Source: an uncultured Planctomycetia bacterium
Lineage (GTDB): Bacteria > Omnitrophota > Gorgyraeia > Tantalellales > Tantalellaceae
Assembly: GCA_964482475.1 (NCBI GenBank)
Contig: CAYZXR010000001.1
Location: 37,997-101,996, forward strand
Reading direction: 5' to 3'
DNA length: 64,000 nt
Every line of letters begins with the position of its first letter. Position 1 is the first letter of the stretch. The translations under genes and the position numbers were made by a program. Positions 15,001 to 27,000 of the stretch are shown here, piece after piece. The notes beneath the pieces are model-generated. The model was not told the DNA's origin. It ran no database searches and saw nothing but the letters and a program-made list of their open reading frames with translations.

Positions 15001-18000
15001 TCATCTTGCGCCCACATAGCGATCTCAGCTTCACTCGCTATGTTATATGCTGTTTCCATAACAACTTTCGATGCAGATACAGATCCATCATCAATCGCTT
15101 CTGCCTGCAATCCTGCCATGTACTCATCATAAAAACTTTGAGCGATAAGTCTTTCAGAAATAATAAATTCCGTGGTTCCTGTTTCAGGCACACTGTATGT
15201 AAATGACACTGTAACTGTTTTGCCCGTAGAATTATCTGTCACTTCCAGTATGCCCCCGGAAACATCTAGATGATATCCGACAAGATTCCAATTAATCACT
15301 TCCAGGCCACCGGAAGAATCGACCATTATCTGCCCAATTTCAGTAACAGAAAGATTTTCATCTAAAGGATCTGAAAGAATATTATCGAGACTTTTCCGAT
15401 CGTAATCCTCATAAACTTTATCGGAATCTGATGAGCCATAGGAAATGTACCTATTGTATAGAGATTGCGCATCGTCGTCATTTATCACGCCATCAGCATT
15501 CTGGTCACTTATAGCGTTTAAACGTCCTATCCTTGCTTCAGCAAACACCGCCGAAGCTTTCGCGTCACTCCATATCAGTTTAAGAATCTCGTATTTACCT
15601 AACTCCTCGTTATATGTCTCTTTTTTAGCGTTGTACTTGTTAACCGCTTTTTCATATTCTTCCTGCGCTACTGCCGCAGTATGCTTGAATTCCGACAAAT
15701 TGTTTTCAGCCAATATTAACGCTTTCTTTTTCACGATAAGTACAGTATCTGTCTGAATGGCTTCGGAGTTTATCTCGGACATTCTGGATGTAATATCATC
15801 CACTTCCTGTTGCAGCCGCCTTCCTTCTTCTTCAGCATTATCACGCAAAGCTTTTATTTCATTCGCTATAAGATGTAAAAACTCAGCGCGTTCTTCCGTC
15901 TCTAGGGAAATATATCTGTCATTCAAATCATCGCCCGCCTGTCCGCTCCAATAAGAATAAAAATCAGGTGAAGGCAAATCGGAGTTACCATCATCGTACT
16001 GACCGTCATTATTCGAATCTACATAATCTTCGCCCACGTCCCACTGGCCGTTACTATTTGTATCGGTATATGACTCAGGATAATCTATCGAATATCCGTA
16101 CGCGGTTAGAATGTCAATTTCGGATACTGATGATTTCGCATAAACACGTGCAGTTGTATAAGTAGCCTGAGTTTCTACCTTAAAATATGTTTCTCTCAGT
16201 TCCTCTTCCATGGCCATGACTCTGTTCAAAGCTTCTTGAAACGCATCTAAATTAGCTTCCATTTCCTGAGCTTGAAGTCTCTTAAGTTCCGCTTCTTTTT
16301 CAGCCTCTTCAACCGCAAGCCTAGACTCTAATTCTGTCGTCCTTGCTAACATCTCAGCTTCCAAAGATTGATCAACATTTTTCACCGCATCATCCAGAAT
16401 GTCTCTTACTTTCTCAAAATTCGTTCTTGCCACATTCAGGATTGCGTCCTGAGTAGTAACATTGCTTCCTGCAGTCGCTTCATTTTGCCTTGCCGCACAA
16501 GCGTTTTCCTGAAGTTCAAGATCATATGGATTTGATACCATTAATGCCTGTGCCTGAAGCATTACAAGATATTTAGATTCGTATTCTTCACTTGCCGACA
16601 AATACCCTTCCCATGCCTCTGTAAATACCTCTCTCGTTACCTCAATATTCTGCTTATTCGTATAGTACTCATCTTTTTTAGTCTCGGCAAAGGCTTCCGC
16701 CTGTTCAACTGTCTCCGGCGAGAAAGATGTCATATCCATTGTTGCCTGAGCCTGAATAAGAGCATTTTCCGCGTACGCAAGGTTATCACTCAGCAATGTC
16801 TGCCTTGTTGTTTGATTCAGCAATGACTGGTACCCTGCTTGCGTATACAGTTTTATAATGTTCCCCGCTGTTTTCGCCTCCACTGACGCTGTATTCGCAA
16901 GAAACGCTCTTTCACTTGATCCTATCTGGAGTTCAGCCAATTCTTCTTCAAGGTACATAAAAGTATCATAGTACGCCCTTCTCGTTCCATAATCAGTCTC
17001 TGCTTTCATTTTGGTCAGCATATCCTGTTGCATATCAACCAAAACCTCTGCGCTTGTTTTTGCGTCTTCAACTGCTTTAGTGTTTTTGAGAACTGTTGCT
17101 GTCTCCATTAGAAATTCCGCAACATTTGCTCCGTCTGTCACCAAATACGAAACACCGTTCAACATATTAGGTACTTCATTCATGCTATCCCGCTGTTTGA
17201 TAATATATTCCAGTTTTTCTTCAGTTTTTAGTATCTCTCTTTCCAGCTCATCATTTGTCGAATCATATAAGAACTCATTTCTTAAGCGATCCAGCTTTTC
17301 AACCGTGACCTTATATTCAGAATCCATCGGATTACTCACGATAATAGACTCATAAGCAATCAACGCGTTCTGTGCTTCCCTTGCCGCCGCGTATACCTCT
17401 CTGGCCACCTGTTCCGCAAGATCGGCATTTTCCAAAGTAAATACCTCATTAATCAGATCATAATTTATGTCTTCCTTTAAATCATTAACCTCAATTTCTT
17501 TATCCTCGATCTCTTTCTTCAAAAGTTCGTTATCCACATCATTCACCAGACGTTTCTCCAAGGCTTCCAACTCGGCCTTCGCGAGCGCGTAACCATTATC
17601 TCCAAGCAAATACCCGATTCTGTTAATATTCGCTTTAACGGTAGAGGCCGTTTCATATGCACTTCTTTCCAAATCAGCAAGATTCTTTATAGCTCCTAGT
17701 AAAAGACCGTCTTCATCTTCAGCATCCGCGAAACCACCTTCTCTACCAAGCAAGTCTTTCATCCAATCAATGGTATTTTTTTGTTCCGATACTTTCCCTT
17801 CCAGCGTATTGAGAAGTGAATCAGCATAAAATTCCATATCCGCGATCGCGCCATAAACTTCATCTTCTTTCTTCGCCAGGAACAGTCTGTGTTCAGCGTC
17901 AGCAAGTTCTTCTTTTTTCGCGATTATATTTTCAGCTACAGCTCTTAAATTATCATCTTCAATAATTCCGTTTGAAATATTCTCTATAGTCTGTTTCTTT

Positions 18001-21000
18001 ATTTCAAGTTCATTAGCAATACTTTCCAATTCTAAAACCATAGCGTCAAATTGATCCAAAAGACTGGCTTGTTCGTTCAAGAGCGTACCTTTCTGAGCAT
18101 TGAGACTCGCAATGGCTTCTTCAAGAATAGCAATTGCTTCTTCATTTCCTTCTTCATTTTCTTCCTCAGCCAAGTCTGCCTCCGCCAGCAACAACGCGGA
18201 ATTTACCTCATATATCTCCAGATCTTTATCTTCCAGCCAGGTAATCAGCGAATCCAACTGGGTCTCTTCCGTGTGCACATCGGCACTCAATAAAGATATT
18301 TCGTCGACAAGAACAGCAATCGCATCATTGTAATCTTTCGTATATGCATTCAACTCATCCTCAAGTGTATCAACAACGTCTTTAGCTTCTCTCACTACAT
18401 CTTCCACTTCTGTCGCATAATACGCGTCCATCTGCATGGCAACGCCTTCCCTCATAGACTCAACTACTGCATACAGTTGTTCTAAATTGTCATATTCTGC
18501 TTGAACCTTCGTTGCTATCTCAGAATCTTGAATAATCTCATATACCGACCTAGCAAGCTCCGCATTACATCCGGCAAAAACTATGTCACTTAAGCCCTCT
18601 ACAACAACCTTATATCCCTCTATCTTGTTCCAAATTGTTGAAGCAGCAGTATTGTAATCCAATTCTGCGTCTATCGCATTTTCCTCAATGATCTCAGCGT
18701 CAAGAACCTCCTGTGCTACTACGGATAGTCCCTCTTCTATTTCTATCAGCTTTGGTTCCAACAAGCTCTTTGTCACATTCAATACCTCTTCTTCCTCACC
18801 TTCGGCAACATCAAGTTTTTCCTCTATCTCGGCTAATTGGAATTGAACGTTCAGATGTTTCAGCTCAAGCTCCCCTAATTCCACACGTTTCTGATCCGCA
18901 AATGACTTGACTAAATATGTACCTCCTTGATCCCCGTTTAGAGTATCGATAACAGTCTCCGTCCCTCCAGATACGAGACTATCGTATATACTGAAAAGCG
19001 GGGACAAACCACTTAGCCTGTCGGCTATCTCAACACTTACCGCGACAAGCACGTCTCTTTCCGCAACCATCTCACCCTTTAACTCACTGTCAACCTGTGG
19101 ATCATAGGTGGAATCTGACCATACAGTACTTATAACGCTATTTATGATATCAATTTCGTCATCTGTCGACGCTTTCCGCAACTCCAAAGAGGACCTTAAA
19201 CTATCTAGTTCCGCTGTTAGGCTGGAAGCATATCCTACTGAATCAGATCCGTTTGCCGCGGAATCTACCTCGATCTGCATGGTCTTCACATTAACAAGTT
19301 CATCAAGTTCATCAATTGACAAGTCTCCTGAACTTGAAAAATTGGTCACCGCTTTATCGTATAGCCATGAAGTTATATCGGAGAACGATTCTGTCGACAA
19401 CTCGTTCAAAGAAGCCAATGCCGCGTCCATAGATTGTGCTGTAGATCGTGAATACACTTGATCAACATATGCTTTACCCTCGGCGTTATAATAATACCCT
19501 GTTACTGAATCAATCGTTCCATATGTGAACTGTGAAACCCCGGCATTTGCCATTTGGGTATATATTTCCGATACATCAGACGCGTTAACAATACCGTCAT
19601 CGTTTACATCTTTATGAAATCTCAGCATATCCGCATACAGATCGAAATCTGTACTATTGACAACACCATCATTATTTATATCCACTTTTTTCAGCTCTGT
19701 TCCCGTTTGAAAATTCTTCGTATCCATATAGTCCAGCAAGTCCATCCATACCTCTTTATCCACTTCGTTCCTCGCCCCGTCACCATTTATATCAACAAAA
19801 TTGTTCAATGAATTGCTCAGCATGTCTATATCCACTGTATTAAGTTCCCCATCATTATTCATATCAGCTCTGATCTTCTCTTCCGCACTAACAAACCGCT
19901 GGCCCGCTTCCATAGTGGATATCGTTTTAACCTGTTCCTGTATATCTGTTAACACTTGCTGAACAATCGTAGCCATATCAACACTATCAGAAATTATAGT
20001 ATTAGACGGATATTTCAACGCCAGAGATTGCATAGGATTAAAGTAATCAGTCACAGCGTCAACTATGGCATCTATCCTCGCGCTCAAAGAAATAGCTGTC
20101 AGGGGACTTTCATCAATATAAGACCGCAGATTCTCCGCCATTTTCAAGTTCACATTAATCGTGGCTAACTTATTCAGGGCTTCTTCTTCCGCACTGATGA
20201 TATTTTTTATAGTTTGCTCGATATCCGACTGTTTAACCTCCAAAGCATTAACTTTCATCTGCAAAGAATCTCTATAACCAGCTACGGTTGCATTAGACGT
20301 GTCAAGTGCCAAAGCATCGTTAGCGGCATCCAGAATACTTTGCGCATAGATCAACATGTTATCCATCATCTCTTCATACGTTTCCGCTACCACGCTGACA
20401 GGAACAATATCGAGTTGAACCTGGATCGCGTCCGCTTTAAAGATTAGTTTATCGACAAGTTCGGGCAGATACCCCGCTTTTGCCTCTACCGTAAGAGCGG
20501 CATCATATGCCTTGAGTTCAGCGTCAGAAAGAACCCTATTCGCCCCAACATCTTCCTGAGAGATTAAAACCTTTCCTGAATAAATTTGTTCAAAATTATC
20601 TACTGTCATAACATAGGAATATCCATTTGACTCATAAGCCACCTCTCCATCATCAATATTTTCTATTGAAACAAAATGATCTCGACCATTGTTCTTAACC
20701 AAAGCTATAGCCGGCAATGTCACCTGTGATAGATCGCCCAAACTAATCTCTACGCCTTCCAAGTCAGCTCCACCAGCTTTTGCCAAACTCTTAAGCGTAA
20801 ACATCGTTGTCTCAAACTGTCCGGCTTCTGTCATATTGATCGCACCTGACAAGATATCCGAAATGATTGATGCCGCTGAGAGCATCTCTTCTTTGTCTGC
20901 GTCAACATTAAAATAATCGCCGAGGACATAAGACGCACAGTTTATTATCTGTAGACCCTGGTTTGTAAGCCATGAAGCTATGGTGGTTATCCCGCCCGTT

Positions 21001-24000
21001 AAAAGTACCGCAGGATTATTTACAGACAAGAAATCAGTAAATGGAGCGTAGAATGCATTCTGAGGGGCGTTGTATTCTTCAACGACTTTCTTGAAAAAAC
21101 CCGTTACAACACCCGCGATACCTGATGCTATCGCGAATGCTTTCTCTGTGACTGAATTATAAGACGTACTGCCAAATCCAAACGCAACATCACCAAGATA
21201 GTCAATGATCGCTTCTTGCCATGTCGATATTTCTGATACAATGCTTGGATCTTCAACTAACAACCTGATAAAAGTTTCGTCATCTCTTGCAAGAAGATAC
21301 TGAATGGTTCCATCGCTATTCGGTATCACTTGCAGATTATCACCAAGGGCAATTGTCGTCGTCACATCACCCGTAATCGTCTCAAACACTTCTATCAGAT
21401 CGGCACCATCAAAAACCGCGCGAAAAACAGTACCGTCATCCAGATTGGTAACGACTTCAACTCGACCGTCTACAATTGTCATCTCAGTATTCAAATCAGA
21501 CGGGTCTAATAAAACAGTTGTTGTTAATTTGTCACTAACCGATCTGACTATCCCTACACAAACCGCTTCAACTTCATAATAGACACTTCCAAGCTCCATA
21601 CTGTTAGCATACGCCGCCTCTTCGTCTCTTTCTGATGTCGCTATACGCTGGATGCTGTTGTATAGATCTCCCACGTTATCCCTTAGTTCTGATGAAAATA
21701 AAAGTAAAGCAATCAATTTTTCGGAATCATTTTCAGCCACTACCAATGTTTCCAGGTTTTCTGCAAGGTTCAGCATTTCCACACTATTGTTAAGATAGGA
21801 CATACCTTTAGTTTCTATGCCTTCCTGCATTGCGGCGATCTTTTCAATTGATTCCCGGGTATTGCTATTAGCCAGAATAGCTTTACTGGAGCTGGCAATA
21901 CTGATAGCCAGATCAATACCACCAGTTTCATTATACATACCCTCGATCTGCCTCAAATCCTCATTAAGGTTTTTGTAGGCCAAGTCTGCTATTTGCGCGA
22001 ATGAATATGCCCTTTTTGAAGATATAGCAAGTCCTGCGTTCTCAGTACATTGCGCAAGCACCTCAATATTAGCACGGCCTTTATCCGTCGAGGCTTCTCC
22101 GTAAATAGTTGAATATTCTGTTTCTTCATAAGCTTCGATTGTAAGCAACAATACTCTATTATTCTCTTCGACCATTTCATCTAATTTATAGACATTAACT
22201 ATGTCAATATTATCTAGACCGGCGGCGTAGGTATACAATTCATCAAGTTCCCCGTTTTTCTCTTCTATCCTGTTTGCCATTCTTTCGGCAACATTTTCAT
22301 AAGGAGTCAAAGTTATTAACTCGGAAACTTTAAGCATTGTATTAACGATGATCTTACCTTCATCGACTAACGAGTCACCGTTTGTATCGATTGCCGCTTT
22401 TTCTCTAACAATCATCTCGATCGCGCTTCTATCATTTTCTATAGAAGTTTGTGCGGACTCTAACATTGTCATGTCTTCCTCAGTCGCGGCAATAGCCACC
22501 AGAACCATCAAGGTCTCGATCGTCTCCATACCGACTTCAACTGAACTGGCACTCTCCAACGTAGACCTGTCCTGATGAGACAACTCATCTGAAATAATCA
22601 CCAACGCGTCCACCTTCTCAGTAACGGTCAAATTACCTCTTTTGCCTTCAATATCCGCGATATCGACCGCATTCCTAATCGCATTGATAGAAGATACCGC
22701 TTCATCCAATCTATCCTGCACCAATTGAGCGTTCCTATACATTTCCTGGTTAGTTATGTTATCATTGCTAAGATTTGTGGCCAAAACACTTGTCTCTCCC
22801 AACACGTTATATACCGTCAAAGCAACTTCTTCCAATGCCACCATAGTAGTAACATCCACGTCGTCTGAAACAATAAAACCGGTCATAATATTGTTAAGGG
22901 TCTGTACGGAGTCCAGCATCCTGTCTGCCTGATAGGTTAAGTTAGCTCCCTCCGTAACTTTGAATTCTTCCAGGGTAATCTTATCTTCTATCTCTTTTGT
23001 TTTCTGGGTAATCTCGCCAACAACATCCTCGATCTGCTGTTTTTTCGCTGCCATAACCGCTGTCAACGTGACTCCGTCAAGAACAGTATAAACTTCAGCT
23101 GTAAGCTCTTCCGCCATTTCGGTAATTATCAAAGACACTTCAACCATGCCTTTCGCGACAGTTATATCAGCAAAATTCCTGTCTATGTCCGTATGCATCC
23201 TGTTGACCTGTTCAAGATATTCTTCCGCGGCATCAGACAAATTCGCGACAGCTTTCTCAATAGCTTTTTCCCGAGAGGCTTCCACCATTTCCCCCGCCGC
23301 GGTCAGCATTTCATCAATTTCATCAGAATCCACTCGCATAGACTCCGTTTGCAACTCACCCAGCACCTCTTCCATAATCGAAACAAGAGCCATGGCGTAT
23401 GAAGCGTCTTTGGTAGCAAAAATTTCATCTCTAATAGTTTCGATAGTATTTCTATCTGAACGGGCTTCGTTAAGCACATACTCAAAATCCTGCGAAACAT
23501 TAATTGCCGCAAAAACAGTCTGTTCAATATTTTCATATGCTGAAACAATATTATCAAAAGATGTCTTCACGACAGCCAAGTTGCCAGCAATATCAGCATC
23601 CTCAGAATATTCCAGAGATAACAAATTAAGTTCAATTAAGTACTGTTCAGAATCTTTCAATAGCTGCTTAGAAAAGTCGTACAATGCCAAAGTCATTTCC
23701 ATATTGTCCGCACTAATGTAGCCGGTCAAGGAAAGCATCCGGCTCAAACTATTATTAACCGCGTTCACCAGATTATCGCCTTTCTGCTCAAAAGACGTAT
23801 ATTGCCTTAAAATATCTTTGGAATCCGTGATCAGGGCAAGAACATCATTCGCCGACTCTCCGTTAATTTCCGCCAATTCATTTATTTGGCTGTTATTTCC
23901 GTAGACGTCTGAAATAGCGTACAACTCCCGCGACAGGTTAAATATCTCAAGCGCGGCATCATACGCGATCTCGTAGAAAACAGAGGCTATTTCACTGTTT

Positions 24001-27000
24001 TGCGCGATCGTCATTTGTTCTATATTACCGCTTACTATATTAGCGTAATTTTCTATCATCGCGGACAATTCAACAGATCTCGTTTCCGCGTTCTGGATCG
24101 CTGAAAAAGTTATATTCAACCCTTCAATATAGACAACCGCATCAGCGATAACTTCCTGAGCAGCATCATTAAAAATGACCAGTTCGGGATTATCTGTCAC
24201 TAGTTCGGTAAGAGCATCGGCCGAATCATCAGCCAACATGACAAGCTTAACGGACAAAGCTACTAAGTCTTCAGCTGTAGCGCTATTATGTTCTTTATCC
24301 AGCCCTTCAGAAAACATCTTCGCAAGAGTAACATATTGAGTTATCGCGCTTACAGTCAGGTCATTATGATCATCCGGAACATCAAACTCAACTGTTGAAG
24401 ATCTTTCCGTTATATACGAAACACCGTTCTCGGACGTAATCCTGAGCGATTCGCCCCATGCTTTATCTGAATTACTCCCGACTAGATTGTTCATCTGCGT
24501 TTCATAATTTGAAGCATCCAAAACCAAAGAGTCTATAAGATTCTTGAGAGCTATCCTTTCTTCTTCACTTATAGATAAATCAAATGCTTTAATGGCCAGA
24601 TCCAGCACCCTGTCTAATTCATCGATATTATCAAGTATCTCCGCGGCTTCGTTATTGAAAAGATATGACTCATTAAGCCTGTTTTCTATTAACGCGACAG
24701 CAGCCGTCACCTGTGTCAATTCATCTAAAATAGTCAAAGCATCCGACGTGCCCGCGCTTAAAGCGCTATTGTAAACCTCTTCTACCAATTCCTTGGCTTC
24801 TTGGGCAAGATACAGCATAAGCTCTATCTCATCAATTGATAACACGGTCAAAGATTTCGCTTGCATCCCTTCAGCTATTAATCTGTTCTGTTCAACCAGT
24901 TCCAGCGGGGTCATCTCGATCGTTCCCGGTTCAAGTTCATCGACTAACTGATTCGCAATTTCCAAAGAAACGTTCAACCTTGCCAGCTCATTATTAAGTG
25001 CGCCTATGAGTTCCTGAGCTTCAGACGGGCTTGCCATCATCATGCTCATCCTCAGCACTATATCCGCCAACATCTCTACTTCCCCAACCATATTCTGTAT
25101 CGCACTTTCATCCGCAGCCGCTTCACGCCATTCTAAAACTCCTTCACCCCTAAGTAGCGTCATTTCCTCTGCTATGGCGGCGGCATTATTAGCGTACGAT
25201 ACGGACAATTCCACCGGATTTGTTCCCCATATCTGGAACAATGCCTCAATATCCGCCGCGTCTACCATACCATCTGTGTTAATATCATATGACGTCAGAG
25301 ACCCAATAGACTCTTGCAGAATACTCGCATCAATACTTGTCAATTTTGAGTCTTTATCAAGATCCGCAGCCACAACATCTTCAGCACTTATGTCAAATTC
25401 CGAAGCTTCCACTATCCGATTCAGAGTGATAACATCTGACTGGTCAATCATATTGTCCTTATTGATATCGATACGATTATCCATCGCGTTTTGTAACGAT
25501 ACTTTATCATCGTTGTCTATAATTCCATCGCCGTTGATATCCGCATCGCCTGTCCAACTGGTATACAAGTTCTTCCTGTAATAAGTATCTAACCTCGCGA
25601 CATCCTGGGCATTCAACTGTCCGTCTCCGTTAATATCTTTACCGCCATAGGCGTTTTCAACATACAGAAGTTTATCTTTGTTATCCACCATGCCGTCATT
25701 ATTTATATCAGCTTTTTCAACATCTGCTATACTGACACCGGCCTCTTCCTGCATTATCACCGTTCTTTCGACTTTAGCGACATCGTATTCTGTAAAAACA
25801 CCGTCACCATCCACATCCTTTATACCCGCAAGCGCGCCTTCCAGAATGTCCGCGTCTTCATCGCTGATCTGTCCGTCATCATTGATGTCTGATAATATGA
25901 TATCGGCTTCAGTATACTTATGACCAAGTCTCTGATACAACATCGCGTCTTCTAAGACAGCGATATCCAATCCATCAACCACACCGTCAGACACGCCATC
26001 CGCACCACTTACGTCGGATATTGAGTAATTATTGTAAGCATTTCTTAACGCCTCAAGATCACTTACATCAACCATTCCGTCGTTATTGACATCCAAAAGC
26101 TCGTCATTTTCTGTTTCTTCTTTCGTAACATCCAAATTATTAAATTCAATTATATCACTGAATCTTACAATATCATCTATGTCCAACTCTCCGTCACCAG
26201 TCACATCGGCGATAGAAGCCTCCTCCAGCATCCATTCAAGTTTCTGTTTATCTGAAATGGTAACCTCTTCGTCACGATCTATGTCAGCCGCCCTGATCTC
26301 ACCCGGCATCGGCATATCTGATTCATAGATATAATCGATCATATTTGTAAGAGTTTCGATATCCGCGGAATCCACATAATCATCAGCATTCATGTTAAAG
26401 AGATTAGCCTCCATATCAATGGTATGATAATATAAATCTTCATACGCATTATTATCTAAGTCGTTCACAATACCGTCTTTATTGATATCCGCGAACTCTT
26501 TCTCCTGTTCGGTAACCTCGTACGCAATAGATTCCCGTATATCTGAAAGCCGATTTATATCCGCCTCGTCTACACTACCGTCATCGTTAACATCGAACAT
26601 CTTGCGCTTATCAACCATCGTTTTATATATCTCGTAATCATTTTCAGTAAATTCACCGTCACCATCAATGTTCCCAGCTGTTGTCAAATCTTCCAATGAT
26701 ATTGAGTAACCCAGGTTATAAAAATCGATGATCTGCTGCATCGCTTCGACATCTTCTTCATTCGCTTTCTTGTCACTATTGAAATCAACTTTGTGCATAC
26801 TTCTTAACAAGTTAGACACATAATCATAATCAGTATAATCAACCTGCCCGTCATCATTTGTATCTGCTTGCATTATCGCTTCGGCATCTACATCCAGTTC
26901 TTTATCCCTAAGAATATCAATTACCCTGTCCACATCGCTGCGTCCTACCACACCATCACCGTCAACGTCTCTACCTTCCAACGCACTAATCGCGTTCTCC

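Larger units (their letters stand above)
10450..25050 (-). other. Continuous alpha-helical region of about 4,850 aa, rich in E/A/L/I/K/D/N/S, probably coiled-coil or spectrin-like. Three non-helical inserts inside it are listed as separate features.
   Basis: Verified samples: 12,001–12,060 gives AASQSLMNVMLKTAQMTLTA; 17,400–17,459 gives DLINEVFTLENADLAEQVAR; 22,381–22,440 gives ENDRSAIEMIVREKAAIDTN; 25,021–25,080 gives VEMLADIVLRMSMMMASPSE. Glycine and proline are scarce throughout the samples. Confidence 0.55.
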
